Origin: Thermoanaerobaculia bacterium
GTDB lineage: Bacteria; Acidobacteriota; Thermoanaerobaculia; Gp7-AA8
Reading direction: 5' to 3'
Assembly (NCBI GenBank): GCA_036398925.1
Contig: DASWOB010000071.1
Span: forward strand, 8,425-72,424
DNA: 64,000 nucleotides
Of this stretch, positions 34,045-43,919 are shown piece by piece. The position numbers and the translations under genes were made by a program. The notes beneath the pieces are model-generated. The model saw nothing but the letters and a program-made list of their open reading frames with translations. It did not search any database and was not told the origin of the DNA. The stretch's first letter is position 1; the number at the start of each line of letters is the position of its first letter.

Positions 34045-36650
34045 CGATGTCCCCTCGGCTCCGGATCGACCAGATACAGATCCGACAGCAGCCGAGTGTA
34101 GCTGTAAACCAGCGTCTGCCCGTCCGCCGTCGGCCAGACCGGGCCGACGTTGATCAGCCCCGCCGCTTCGGCCGGCATGACCTCGCGCCAGAGCGTCCGC
34201 TCGCCGGTCATGAGGTCGACCTTCGTCAGTTGCGCCGGGATCTTGCCGAAGGTGGCCACGAAGACCGACTGCCCGTCGGCGGTGAAGCGCATCGGGACGT
34301 CGCCCGACTGCAGGGCGGGAACGGCGATCGGTTCGCCGCCGGCAATGGGAAAGAAGAACCACTTTCGCTCGCGGTTGCGGCCGAGGAAGCGGGTGCCGTC
34401 GGCGGTGACGAGCGTGCCGGTCACGTTCTCCGGCGTGATAGGGCGCGGTGCGCCGCCCTTCCGTGAAAACACGTCCGGCTGCACGTAGACGCGCGGCGGG
34501 TTGTCGCCTTCGCTGCCCTGAAAGAGGATGCTCTGGCCGTCGGGCAGCCAGCGTGCGTTGCGGTGATTGAGCCGGTCGTTGGTGATCCTGCGCGGCTGTC
34601 CGGCGCCGGTGGGCAGGGCGAGGATCGGGGCCGGTTTCTGATTGCGAGGAATCGACAGCACCCACTTGCCATCCGGCGAGAGCGCCTCGGTGGTGCCGTC
34701 GCCGAGGCGCACCGGCGGCGCGCCGTCGATCGAGCGGAGATAGACGCCGTAGATCTCGCCGCCGGCCTGGCCCGACTCGGAGAACGCGATGGTCTTTCCG
34801 TCGGCGGAGAGGTCGCGCACGATCGAGAAGTCGAGCCACGACAGGTCGCGTTCCATCCGCTCGCCGGGGAGGATGGCGAAGATGCCGGCGCGGATGTTCT
34901 GCAGCGAGACGAGCAGGCGTCCGTCCGCGTTGACGTCGTGCAGCCAGAGCCAGCCGGCGTTGGTCAGCACGGTGCTCATCCTGCCGCGGCGCGTGACCGA
35001 CATCAGCGAGCGTCCGCGCGCTCCTTCCAACTCGGCCGCGTACCAGAGCGCGCGGCCGTCGGGGCGCCAGTCGACGCCCTGCACGCTCTGATACTCCGGC
35101 GTCAGCGCGCTGTACTTGCGGTCGGCGATCGTTACCGTCGCCACGACGCCGCGGTCGTCGTTCACGATCGGATGATCGATGAACGCAATGGCGTCGCCGT
35201 CGGGACTGAAACGCGGCCGGCTGATCCAGCCGATGGTGTCGTACAGCACCGTGCCGATCGGATACTCGAGCCGGCACTTGCCGTCGATCGTGCGCACGAT
35301 GGCCAGCGCTTTTCCGTCCGGTGTCCAGTCAGCCGCTTCGACGTCTTCGGCGATCGGACGCGGCGTTCCGCCGCCGATGGCCACCTGTGCGAGCGTCCCC
35401 GCGTCGCGCAGGTAGCCGACCGGCCGGCGGCCGGTGGCGATGGCGAGCTGGCCGGTCGACGAGACGGCCAGGATGTCGGTCGATGTGTAGCCGAGGTTGC
35501 GTGACTCCGGCGAATCGGCCCGGGCAGCGAAGACCGCCACCGGATTGCCGGCCCAGCGCGCGCCGTAGAAGAACGTCTCCCCGTCGGGAGAAAAATGCGC
35601 GCTCAGCACGGTGCCGCTGCGGAAGGTGAGGCGCTGGAACGTCGCCGGCACGCGCGTGCCGCGCATCGTGCCGAGCCAGTACGCCACCGCACCGATCACC
35701 GCGAGCACGGCCAGCGCGAGCAGCGGCCGCACCAGTCTCTTCCAGCGGATGCGCGGCCGCGGCGCGAACGCCAGTGCCTGGCTGGTAAGCCCCGACATCG
35801 AGCCGAGGCCGAAGGCGAGGTCGCGCGCCGACTGAAAGCGCTCGTCCGGACTCTTTTCCAGGCAATGCCGCACCACGCGATCGAGGCCGGCCGGCGCGCG
35901 GTCGGGCTCGAGATCGGCCGGCTCGTCTTTGAGGATGGCGTTCAGCGTCTCGATCGGCGAGTCGCCGCGGAACGGCTGCCGTCCGGCCAGCATCTCGTAG
36001 AGGATCACGCCGAACGAAAAGATGTCGGAGCGATGGTCGCCCGTCTCGCCGCGCACCTGCTCCGGCGCCATGTAGCCGACCGTGCCGAGAATGCGGCCCG
36101 GCTCGGTCGGCGTGACGGGGAGGGTCGGCGCGTGCTCGTCGACACCTACCTGCTCGCCGCCGGGCATGCGGGGGTGCATCAGCTTGACGAGGCCGAAGTC
36201 GAGGATCTTCACGTGCCCGTCGCGCGTGAGGAAGAGGTTCTCCGGTTTCAGGTCGCGGTGGACGATCCCTTTCTCGTGCGCCGCCGCCAGCCCGCGCGCG
36301 ATCTGCACCGCGTAGTCGGTGGCCTTGCGCGGATGGATCGTGCCGTGCCGCAGCCGCGAACGGAGCGACTCTCCTTCGAGCAGCTCCGAGACGATGTAGG
36401 GCCGGTCGTCGTAGACACCGATGTCGTAGATGGCGAGGATGTTCGGATGGTTGAGCATCCCCGCGGCGCGCGCCTCCTGCTCGAAGCGGCGCAGCGCCTC
36501 CTCATCGTGCGAGAGGGTCTTCGACAGCACCTTGACCGCCACCTCGCGTCCGAGGCGCGTGTCGACCGCGCGATAAACCTCGCCCATGCCGCCCGCACCG
36601 ACCGGCGCGAGGAGCTTGTACGGGCCGAGGAGCGTCTCGGGAGCGAGCAT
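34041..36650 (-). CDS. Ser/Thr protein kinase with a TM segment and a C-terminal TolB-like/WD40-like beta-propeller
   Basis: Hanks kinase motifs GAGGMGEVY, AVKVL, HRDLKPENLFL, DFGLVK, APE. TM segment LLALAVLAVIGAVAYWL. Repeated PDG-type propeller blades (SPDGETF, SPDGDAI, RPDGRAL, SADGKTI, SPDGKWV, LPDGQSI, TADGQSV). Confidence 0.93.
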   Translation of the reverse strand: MLAPETLLGPYKLLAPVGAGGMGEVYRAVDTRLGREVAVKVLSKTLSHDEEALRRFEQEARAAGMLNHPNILAIYDIGVYDDRPYIVSELLEGESLRSRLRHGTIHPRKATDYAVQIARGLAAAHEKGIVHRDLKPENLFLTRDGHVKILDFGLVKLMHPRMPGGEQVGVDEHAPTLPVTPTEPGRILGTVGYMAPEQVRGETGDHRSDIFSFGVILYEMLAGRQPFRGDSPIETLNAILKDEPADLEPDRAPAGLDRVVRHCLEKSPDERFQSARDLAFGLGSMSGLTSQALAFAPRPRIRWKRLVRPLLALAVLAVIGAVAYWLGTMRGTRVPATFQRLTFRSGTVLSAHFSPDGETFFYGARWAGNPVAVFAARADSPESRNLGYTSTDILAVSSTGQLAIATGRRPVGYLRDAGTLAQVAIGGGTPRPIAEDVEAADWTPDGKALAIVRTIDGKCRLEYPIGTVLYDTIGWISRPRFSPDGDAIAFIDHPIVNDDRGVVATVTIADRKYSALTPEYQSVQGVDWRPDGRALWYAAELEGARGRSLMSVTRRGRMSTVLTNAGWLWLHDVNADGRLLVSLQNIRAGIFAILPGERMERDLSWLDFSIVRDLSADGKTIAFSESGQAGGEIYGVYLRSIDGAPPVRLGDGTTEALSPDGKWVLSIPRNQKPAPILALPTGAGQPRRITNDRLNHRNARWLPDGQSILFQGSEGDNPPRVYVQPDVFSRKGGAPRPITPENVTGTLVTADGTRFLGRNRERKWFFFPIAGGEPIAVPALQSGDVPMRFTADGQSVFVATFGKIPAQLTKVDLMTGERTLWREVMPAEAAGLINVGPVWPTADGQTLVYSYTRLLSDLYLVDPEPRGHR

Positions 36651-36680
36651 CTGACGCGCGCAGGGTATTACAGGAGGAGA

Positions 36681-36780
36681 CGGTTCCTCGGGTTCCTCGG
36701 TTCCTCGGAGTTCCTCGGGTGGTCACAGGCAGCGGCGTCCGGCCGCTCCGCGGCGGACCCGAGGAACCCCGAGGATCCGC
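36681..36780. repeat. GGTTCCTCG-array palindromic element (asymmetric arms)
   Basis: Four GGTTCCTCG-type units on the left and two CGAGGA(A/T)CC units on the right. Lies between the kinase start and the S46 stop. Confidence 0.8.
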
Positions 36781-36783
36781 CCT

Positions 36784-38874
36784 CTACCGCACCCCCAGCT
36801 CCTTCAGCAACCCCTCCGCCTTCTCCACCCGCTCCAGGATCCAGAGCATGTAGCGGACGTCCGCGTTGATGTTGCGGCCCACCAGCGGGAGATAGGCAAA
36901 GTCGTTCGAGACGTTCTCCCAGACCCGGTCGAAGTTCACGCCCACCAGCTCGCCGCGGCCGTTGATGGTCGGGCTGCCGGAGTTGCCGCCGGTGGTGTCG
37001 GCGTCGGAGAGGAAGGCCACCGGCACGTCCTTGAGCCGCGGGTCGCGCCACGGGCCGTCGAAGCGCGTGGCGGCGGCGGTGAGGATCGCGTCCGGCACGT
37101 CGAACGGCTCGGCGTTGGTGTGCTTCTCGAGCACGCCGTCGAGCGTCGTCTGCGGGTTGAACCAGACCCCGTCGCGCGGCTGGTAGCCCTTCACGTGCGC
37201 GAACGAAACGCGCAGGGTGGAGTTGGCGTCGGGGGCGATCGGACGGCCGGCGTGGGCGATGGCGGCGCGGCGCCACTCCGGGCGGAGGCGGGAGATCGCT
37301 CCTTCCCAGCCGTCGCGCCGCTCGTTCATCGCGCTGATCTCGGTGCTTAGGGCGAAGCCGAGGTCGACCAGCGGATCGCGCCGCGCCTGGAGCTGCGCGG
37401 CGGTCATGTCGAACATCGCCAGGCGATCGCTGAGGTTCAGCAGCTTCGAGTTGGCGTACAGCTGGTCGATGCGGGCGTTGACGTCGGTGTTCGCGAAGAC
37501 GCGATCGATGGCCGCGATGCGCTGTCCCTGCGGCAGGGCGAGGGCCATCTTCACGAAGGAGGCGAGGTGCGCCTTGTCGGCCGGTGCGTAGAAGCTCTTC
37601 TGCTCCCGCTCGATCCGGTCGCGCACGCGGGTGATGTTGCGCGCGGCGAAGACGTCGTCGCGCTCGGTGTCGGCCTTCGCCCGCTCGGTCGCGGCGCGCG
37701 CCACGGCCACCGCCCAGATCAGCGACTTGGGGCCGGTCAGCGCCAGCGAGTTGCCGGTCATCCGCACGTGATCGAGGAGAAAGTCGTGATCGAACGCGGC
37801 GATCTTTTCGTTCGCCACGGTCTGCAAGCCGGCCAGGGCCGGCGTCTTGATCTGTGCCTCCAGGGCGCGCTGCTTGCTAATGGTCGACCAGCGCGCGAAG
37901 CCGGCCAGCTGCCCCTCCGCGTTCTTCTGCCGGTTGGCGAGCGTCTTCGAGAGGTCGGCGACCGCGATCGCCCCTTCGGGCGATCCGGCGGTGGTCCGCT
38001 CCATCAAGGAAATCCACTCGCGATAGACGTTCGCACGGCGCTCGAACCAGATCCGCCGCTCTTCCATCTCCGCCGCCGTGAGGGCTCGATAGGTGACGCC
38101 GGGATAGCCGAGGACCATCACGAAGTCGTCGGGCTTCACCCCTTCTTTGGCGATGGGGAAGAAGAAGTCGGGCTTGTACGGCGCGCCGTTGAAGTAGACC
38201 CGGCCGATGGCAAAGTCACCGGTGTGGCGCGGCCACATCCAGTTGTCGACCTCGCCGCCGAACTCGCCGACCGCACGCGGCGGCGCGTAGACCAGGCGGA
38301 CATCGTCGAACTCCGTCATCTCCTGCAGGACGTACTGCAGGCCGCCGTCATGCGCCGCGACCCTGCAGCGCGTCCGCGCCTGCTTCTCGCAGCTGGCCAC
38401 GATCGCGGCCGACTTACGCTCGATGGCGCGGGAACGCTGCGCGTCGGTGGCGTTCTTCGGCACCGCGGCCAGCACGTCTGTGGTGACGTCCGTGAATCGG
38501 CGCGGCATGGTCACGCGCAGGGTCTTGCTCCGCAGCTCCTCGCCGCGCGCACGGGCCACGAAGCCTTTGGCGATGAGGTCGTTCTGCGGAGTGGCGTGCT
38601 CCTGCAGCACGCCGAAGAGGCAGTGGTGATTGGTCACGAACAGCCCCTCGGCCGAAACGAACCCGCCGGAGCAGCCGCCGGTGCTGATCGTGGCCGAGAA
38701 CAGTCCGGTGCCGCTGCGCGGATCCCACAGACGCTCCGGCGGCAGCTCCAGTCCCTCTTCCTTGAGCCAGGCGCGATCGAGCTCGAGCACCTGCTGCGGC
38801 GTCCATTTCCCCTCGGCCGCCGTCATCGAGAGGGCGGCTGAGACGAGCACGACAACGAGTAGAAAGTTCTTCAT
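36784..38874 (-). CDS. S46-family dipeptidyl-peptidase (DPP7/DPP11-like)
   Basis: Signal peptide. GGCSGGFVSAEGLFVTNHHC (catalytic His context) and GGNSGSPTINGRGELVGVNFD (catalytic Ser context). About 700 aa. Confidence 0.9.
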   Translation of the reverse strand: MKNFLLVVVLVSAALSMTAAEGKWTPQQVLELDRAWLKEEGLELPPERLWDPRSGTGLFSATISTGGCSGGFVSAEGLFVTNHHCLFGVLQEHATPQNDLIAKGFVARARGEELRSKTLRVTMPRRFTDVTTDVLAAVPKNATDAQRSRAIERKSAAIVASCEKQARTRCRVAAHDGGLQYVLQEMTEFDDVRLVYAPPRAVGEFGGEVDNWMWPRHTGDFAIGRVYFNGAPYKPDFFFPIAKEGVKPDDFVMVLGYPGVTYRALTAAEMEERRIWFERRANVYREWISLMERTTAGSPEGAIAVADLSKTLANRQKNAEGQLAGFARWSTISKQRALEAQIKTPALAGLQTVANEKIAAFDHDFLLDHVRMTGNSLALTGPKSLIWAVAVARAATERAKADTERDDVFAARNITRVRDRIEREQKSFYAPADKAHLASFVKMALALPQGQRIAAIDRVFANTDVNARIDQLYANSKLLNLSDRLAMFDMTAAQLQARRDPLVDLGFALSTEISAMNERRDGWEGAISRLRPEWRRAAIAHAGRPIAPDANSTLRVSFAHVKGYQPRDGVWFNPQTTLDGVLEKHTNAEPFDVPDAILTAAATRFDGPWRDPRLKDVPVAFLSDADTTGGNSGSPTINGRGELVGVNFDRVWENVSNDFAYLPLVGRNINADVRYMLWILERVEKAEGLLKELGVR

Positions 38875-39003
38875 GGTCTCCCATCAACTGGCGGCGGCGG
38901 AGCCGCTCGCAGTTCGAAATTGACAAACGGCGCGAATCGTCGCACGTTGTCTGCCATCGTCCAAAACCCCCGTGCAGTCGACTTCAGAATCGAAGGAGAA
39001 TCA

Positions 39004-41886
39004 ATGACACGGATCCGGATCAGCAGCAGGTACGTACGCCTCATCATGACGTTCACGGCCGGCCTGTTGCTCGCCACCGGCGCGCTCGCGCAGACCTACA
39101 CCGGCAACATCCTCGGTACCGTCACCGATTCGAGCGGGATGAGCCTTCCGGGCGTCACCGTCACCGTGACCGGTGCTCAGGCTCCGCAGACCGCGGTCAC
39201 CGACAGCGACGGCGCCTACCGCTTCCTCCGGCTCGAGCCGGGCCGCTACACCGTCCGCGCTGAGCTCGACGGCATGGGCCGCACCGAGCGCGCGGTCGAT
39301 GTCCGGGTGGGCGTCAACGTCGACGTGAATCTGCGCCTGGCGCAAACGGTCTCGGAGGTGCTGACGGTCACGGCCGCGACGCCGGTCATCGACCGCCGCA
39401 GCGTCGGCACGGGCGAGAACCTGCAGCTCGTCGAGCTGACCCAGGTGCCGAGCGCGCGCGATCCGTGGGTCATGCTGCAGACCATACCGGGCGTGCTCGT
39501 CGACCGGGTGAACGTCGGCGGCAACAAGAGCGGCTCGCAGAGCTACTTCGTCGGCAAAGGCGTGGAGCGCCACCAGACCTCGTGGAACGTCGACGGCGTC
39601 AACGTCACCGACATGGCCGCGACCGGCGCGTCGGGCTTCTACTACGACTTCGATTCGTTCGAGGAGATGCAGGTCGCGACCAGCGGCACCGACCCGCGCG
39701 TGCAGACTCCCGGCGTGCAGATCAACCTGGTCGCCAAGCGCGGCACGAACGAGCTCCGCGGCTCCGGCCGCTGGTTCTGGACCGACAAGCAGTTCCAGTC
39801 GGACCCGGAAGTCCCGGCGGAAGCGGCCGACTACCTGACGGTGGTGAACTCGATCGACAAGATCACCGACTACGGCGTCGAGGCGGGCGGTCCGCTCGTG
39901 CGCGACCGGCTCTGGCTATGGGGCGCGTACTCGCGTAACGACATCGATCTGGTGCCGGCAGGGGAGGGCGACTCATCGACGACGACGCTCGACAACTGGA
40001 ACGGCAAGATCAACGCGCAGCTGACCGCCTCGAACCAGGCCAACCTCTATTACATGCGCAACAACAAGACCCAGTTCGGCCGCGGCCTCGGGCCCGATCG
40101 TCCCATCGAGACCGCGCACGCGCAGTCGGGTCCGGGCTACGTGCTGAAGGTCGAGGACACGCACGCCTTCAGCTCCCGTTTCTTCTCCACGGTCACGCTG
40201 GCCAAGATCAACAACGGCTACATCCTCGACCCGATCGGCGGCTTCGGCACCGACATGTATTGGGATCAGGACGGCGGCCGGCCGCAGCGCTCGTACTACC
40301 GCTACGAGCAGCAGATGCCACAGAAGCAAATCCGCAACGACAACTCCACCTTCATCAAGCTCGGCGGCATCGACCACGAGCTGAAATTCGGCTTCGGCTA
40401 TCGCCAGACGCCGGTCAACTCGATGAGCGCCTGGCCGGGCACCGGCAACTGGGGGGCGATCTTCGAGGACGATCCGGACGAGAACTACGCCGCCATCACC
40501 CGCCCCGCCGTCGTCGATTACGGCACCGACTACACCGATCTTTACCTCGGCGACACGATGACCTTCGGCAGGGTCACGGTCATGGCCGGCCTGCGCTACG
40601 ACTCACAGCGCGCCTCGAACGATCCGAGCGAGGTCCCCGCCAATCCGGTCTTCCCCGAGCTGCTGCCAGGCGTCCGGTACGAGGGTGACGAGCAGACGTT
40701 GAAGGTCAGCTCACTCTCCCCGCGCCTCGGCGCGACCTGGAGCCTCAACGAGAAGAACATCGTCCGCGCCAGCTACGCCCGCTACGTCGACCAGCTCGGC
40801 GCCGGCGACGTCGGCGCGAACAATCCGTTCTATCGGATCCAGTACCTCTACTACTACTGGAACGACGTCAACGCCGACAAACTGGTGCAGCGCGGCGAGC
40901 TGGGCGACCTCTTCGACTCCGCGAACATCGATCCGGACAACCCGGCCGCCGGCTACTCCATCGGCCGCGTCGATTACGACATGGAGATGACCAAGACCGA
41001 CGAATTCGTGCTCGGCTATCAGCGCGAGATCGGCGCCGCCTTCTCCGTCGCCGCGAACTACTCGTACCGCAAGCGGACGGACTTCATCTGGACGACCTAC
41101 GAGAAGACCCGCGGCGGAAACGACTTCTACACGCCCGACGACTACCAGTTGAACGGCACGCAGACCGGGACGCTGCCCGACGGCACCGCGTATACCGCGC
41201 CGTATTACAAGCTGAAGGCGGGCGTTCCGGCCCCGTTCTACCAGGTCACGACCAACCGTCCCGACTACAGTCAGACCTACAACGGTCTCGAGCTGAGCGC
41301 CACGCGGCGGATGATCGACCGCTGGATGCTGCGCGCGAACCTGACCCTCACCGACTGGAAGCAGCAGGTGGGGGAGCGCGGCTTCGAGCGCGGCGATCCG
41401 ACCCGCATGGTCATCGGCGACAGCTGCTCGAACTGCGACGGCGCGACCGTGGCGTCGAACGGCGGCGCGGACGGCTACATCAACTCGCGCTGGTCGTTCA
41501 GCCTGAGCGGCGTCTATCAGCTGCCGTACCGGATCAACTTCGGCGCCGCGGTCATGGCGCGCGAGGGCTACGTCATCCCGTACTACTGGCGCCGCAACGT
41601 GCGCGACGGCTTCGGCAACAAGAGCATCCTCCTGACCGACGACTTCGACACCAACCGCCTGGACGACATGCTGAACGTCGATCTCCGGATCGGCAAGGAG
41701 TTCGCGCTGCCGGGCGGACTCGGACTTGACGTCGGACTCGATCTCTTCAACGCCACCGACGAGCGGACCGTGCTCTGGCGCGACAACCGGATGTACGCCG
41801 GCGCCGGCAACGATCCGGACAACAACTGGATCGAGGAGTTGCAGAGCCCCCGCGTCTGGCGCCTCGGCGCACGCCTCTCGTTCTAA
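39004..41886 (+). CDS. TonB-dependent receptor-like outer-membrane protein with an N-terminal carboxypeptidase-regulatory-like domain
   Basis: GGAGAA RBS. Signal peptide. CarboxypepD_reg motif GTVTDSSGMSLPGVTVTV...TDSDGAYRFLRLEPGRYTV, then a plug region. C-terminal ...WRLGARLSF ends in an aromatic residue. Confidence 0.88.
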   Translation: MTRIRISSRYVRLIMTFTAGLLLATGALAQTYTGNILGTVTDSSGMSLPGVTVTVTGAQAPQTAVTDSDGAYRFLRLEPGRYTVRAELDGMGRTERAVDVRVGVNVDVNLRLAQTVSEVLTVTAATPVIDRRSVGTGENLQLVELTQVPSARDPWVMLQTIPGVLVDRVNVGGNKSGSQSYFVGKGVERHQTSWNVDGVNVTDMAATGASGFYYDFDSFEEMQVATSGTDPRVQTPGVQINLVAKRGTNELRGSGRWFWTDKQFQSDPEVPAEAADYLTVVNSIDKITDYGVEAGGPLVRDRLWLWGAYSRNDIDLVPAGEGDSSTTTLDNWNGKINAQLTASNQANLYYMRNNKTQFGRGLGPDRPIETAHAQSGPGYVLKVEDTHAFSSRFFSTVTLAKINNGYILDPIGGFGTDMYWDQDGGRPQRSYYRYEQQMPQKQIRNDNSTFIKLGGIDHELKFGFGYRQTPVNSMSAWPGTGNWGAIFEDDPDENYAAITRPAVVDYGTDYTDLYLGDTMTFGRVTVMAGLRYDSQRASNDPSEVPANPVFPELLPGVRYEGDEQTLKVSSLSPRLGATWSLNEKNIVRASYARYVDQLGAGDVGANNPFYRIQYLYYYWNDVNADKLVQRGELGDLFDSANIDPDNPAAGYSIGRVDYDMEMTKTDEFVLGYQREIGAAFSVAANYSYRKRTDFIWTTYEKTRGGNDFYTPDDYQLNGTQTGTLPDGTAYTAPYYKLKAGVPAPFYQVTTNRPDYSQTYNGLELSATRRMIDRWMLRANLTLTDWKQQVGERGFERGDPTRMVIGDSCSNCDGATVASNGGADGYINSRWSFSLSGVYQLPYRINFGAAVMAREGYVIPYYWRRNVRDGFGNKSILLTDDFDTNRLDDMLNVDLRIGKEFALPGGLGLDVGLDLFNATDERTVLWRDNRMYAGAGNDPDNNWIEELQSPRVWRLGARLSF

Positions 41887-42800
41887 CGGCGAATCTCGCC
41901 TTCAATCACATCCAGCCGCTGGCCGCCCTTGCGCGGCCAGCGGCGCAGATCGAACGTACCGCCCGCCGGGATCTCCCACATCCGCAGGCCGCGAAAGGTG
42001 AGCGGCTTCCCCGGCTCGAGCGCTTCGGCCGCTCCGTCGGCGCGGACGAGGTGCACCGGCCCCTTCCCATACACCTTCGCTTTGCCCCGTCTATCGACGA
42101 CGACCGCGGTGGCTTCGGATACGCCGATCCCGAGCTGCATCTCGCCGCGTGCGAGGAAGACCAGCAGCCGCCCGAGGCGCTCGCGCTGCATGAAGTGGGT
42201 GTCGGTGATCGTGCCGCGCATCACCGTCCAGTCGAAGAAACCGCGCGAGAGACTGACGTCGGCGTGAAACGGATCGCGCAGCACCTCCGCCGATTTCGCG
42301 CTCTGCGAAGGACAGGCGTCGTACGCCACCTCGCTCTGGATGGCCAGACCGGCGCTCGTCCCGCCGATCACACCGCCGCGACGATGGACCTCTTTCACCG
42401 CATCGGTGGTCCTGGTCCCTTTGATCCAGCGGATGTAGTTGCACTGATCGCCGCCGGCGAAGAAGACCACCTCCGCGTTGCGCACCCGCGCGACGACGTC
42501 GTCGCGCCCGGCCGACTCGCGATCAGTGATCACGAACGTCGCGATGGAATCGACGCCGCGCAGCTTCATGAACCACTCGTTGTAGCCATCCGCGCCCGAG
42601 GCGCGCAGCACGACCACGTCGAGCTTCGTCGCGCAGCTCGTACAACCGCGCGCCGCGTCGATCGCCGCCTGCATCGCGTCGGCGATGTCGCCTCCGCCGC
42701 CCGCCAGCACGAGCAGCGGGCCGCGCAGGCGAGGGGCGACATCGCGCGGATCGCCAGCGTCGAAGCGGGTGAGGGCAAAGAGAAGAAGCAGCAGCTTCAT
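41883..42800 (-). CDS. S51-family peptidase (cyanophycinase / dipeptidase E-like)
   Basis: Signal peptide. LVLAGGGGD. Nucleophile context GGTSAGLAI. ATGA overlap with the upstream S9 hydrolase gene. Confidence 0.8.
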   Translation of the reverse strand: MKLLLLLFALTRFDAGDPRDVAPRLRGPLLVLAGGGGDIADAMQAAIDAARGCTSCATKLDVVVLRASGADGYNEWFMKLRGVDSIATFVITDRESAGRDDVVARVRNAEVVFFAGGDQCNYIRWIKGTRTTDAVKEVHRRGGVIGGTSAGLAIQSEVAYDACPSQSAKSAEVLRDPFHADVSLSRGFFDWTVMRGTITDTHFMQRERLGRLLVFLARGEMQLGIGVSEATAVVVDRRGKAKVYGKGPVHLVRADGAAEALEPGKPLTFRGLRMWEIPAGGTFDLRRWPRKGGQRLDVIEGEIRR

Positions 42801-43792
42801 TTCAGGTGCCTGTCCAGAAACGACCAGATCTCCGCGCGCGAGTCTCTGGCCAGCTTCGTGTCGATCCGGTTGAAGCGATGCGCTCCCGGGGCGTTCTCGT
42901 AGATCTTGTACTCGAACTTCTTGCCGGCCGCCTTCAGGGCGGCGATGAGGTGCTCGACCTCCAGCACGTTCACGTCTTCGTCGTTGGTGGTGGTGTGGAT
43001 GAGGAGCGGCGTGCGCAGTTTGTCGGCGTGGTAGACCGGCGAGCGTTTCCGGTACTCCATCACATTGTCCGCGGCCTGCTTGCCGACGAACTCCTCGAAC
43101 AGCGCGCGGTAGCCGCTCGACTTATAGCCCATCCGCTGCACGAGATCGCTGACCGGCACGCCGGCGTACGCGACCTGATAGTCGTCCGGCCAGCGGAAGA
43201 TGTTCATCAGGGTCTGGAACCCGCCGTGACTCCAGCCGATGATGCCGACGCGCTTCGGGTCGACGTTGGGCAGGTTCTCGACCGCCCAGTTCCGCGCGTC
43301 GTGGACGTCGTCGACCTCCGTGCCGCCGTAGTCGATCTGGTCGTAGAGATCGCCGCCGTGACCGATCGAGCCGCGGTACTCCGGCGAGACGATCACGTAT
43401 CCGTGCGAGAGGAGCTCGCGGAACAGATTCGCGTAGTTGGAGGTCAGGCGCCCATGCACGCCGCCGTGCACGAACACGATCATCGGCGCGCGGCCTTTCA
43501 GCCCTTTCGGCGCGAAGACGTAGAGCGGGAAGATGATCCGGTTGCCGGCGTTCTGGCCGGTGGCGTTCTTCTCGCGGCGCGGCGTGGAGGAGGCGATCTC
43601 GTACTTGCTGATGTCGGCCGCGTCGCCGAGCCTGAAGTACCAAGCCACGTCGTCGATGGCGCGGTCGGTGTCCTCGAAGGCTCGATCGGTCGACTGATCG
43701 TGCCGCTCGATCGCCTTCACGGCCGCATCCGGTTGCTGCGCAAAAATCGCGGATGTGAGAAAAAGGAACAGCAACGTCACGAGCGTTCTCAT
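42797..43792 (-). CDS. S9-family (prolyl oligopeptidase-type) alpha/beta hydrolase, catalytic domain only
   Basis: Start at the internal Met MRTLVTLLFLFLTSAIFAQ. GWSHGG nucleophile elbow. Downstream Asp/His contexts (TTNDEDV, GAHRF). Confidence 0.85.
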   Translation of the reverse strand: MRTLVTLLFLFLTSAIFAQQPDAAVKAIERHDQSTDRAFEDTDRAIDDVAWYFRLGDAADISKYEIASSTPRREKNATGQNAGNRIIFPLYVFAPKGLKGRAPMIVFVHGGVHGRLTSNYANLFRELLSHGYVIVSPEYRGSIGHGGDLYDQIDYGGTEVDDVHDARNWAVENLPNVDPKRVGIIGWSHGGFQTLMNIFRWPDDYQVAYAGVPVSDLVQRMGYKSSGYRALFEEFVGKQAADNVMEYRKRSPVYHADKLRTPLLIHTTTNDEDVNVLEVEHLIAALKAAGKKFEYKIYENAPGAHRFNRIDTKLARDSRAEIWSFLDRHLK

Positions 43793-43803
43793 GGCGGAGA
43801 TTC

Positions 43804-43903
43804 TAAGCAGAACGCCCGCACTTGACCCACGGATGAGGAGACGACGGGGGGGGGGCCTCCGGCGTCTCCTCATCTGTTGGTGAAGTGACAGCATTCTGCT
43901 TAG
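43804..43903. repeat. MITE-like palindromic element (short copy lacking the central core)
   Basis: CTAAGCAGAACGCCCGCACTTGACCCACGGATGAGGAGACGACGGGG...CCTCCGGCGTCTCCTCATCTGTTGGTGAAGTGACAGCATTCTGCTTAG. Confidence 0.8.
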
Positions 43904-43919
43904 TGGTAGAGTCGGCACC

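Noticed and set aside
33184-35277. 697-aa ORF as a single gene
   Set aside because: Its first ~410 codons overlap the Ser/Thr kinase gene in another frame and are Arg/Pro-rich. A signal-peptide Met (34044) with ATGA coupling defines the real 286-aa product.
38920-38948. TTGACA at 38920-38925 as the -35 box of the TonB-receptor promoter
   Set aside because: The hexamer 17 nt downstream (CACGTT) is a poor -10, and the promoter consensus for this lineage is uncertain. This is not enough to call a promoter.
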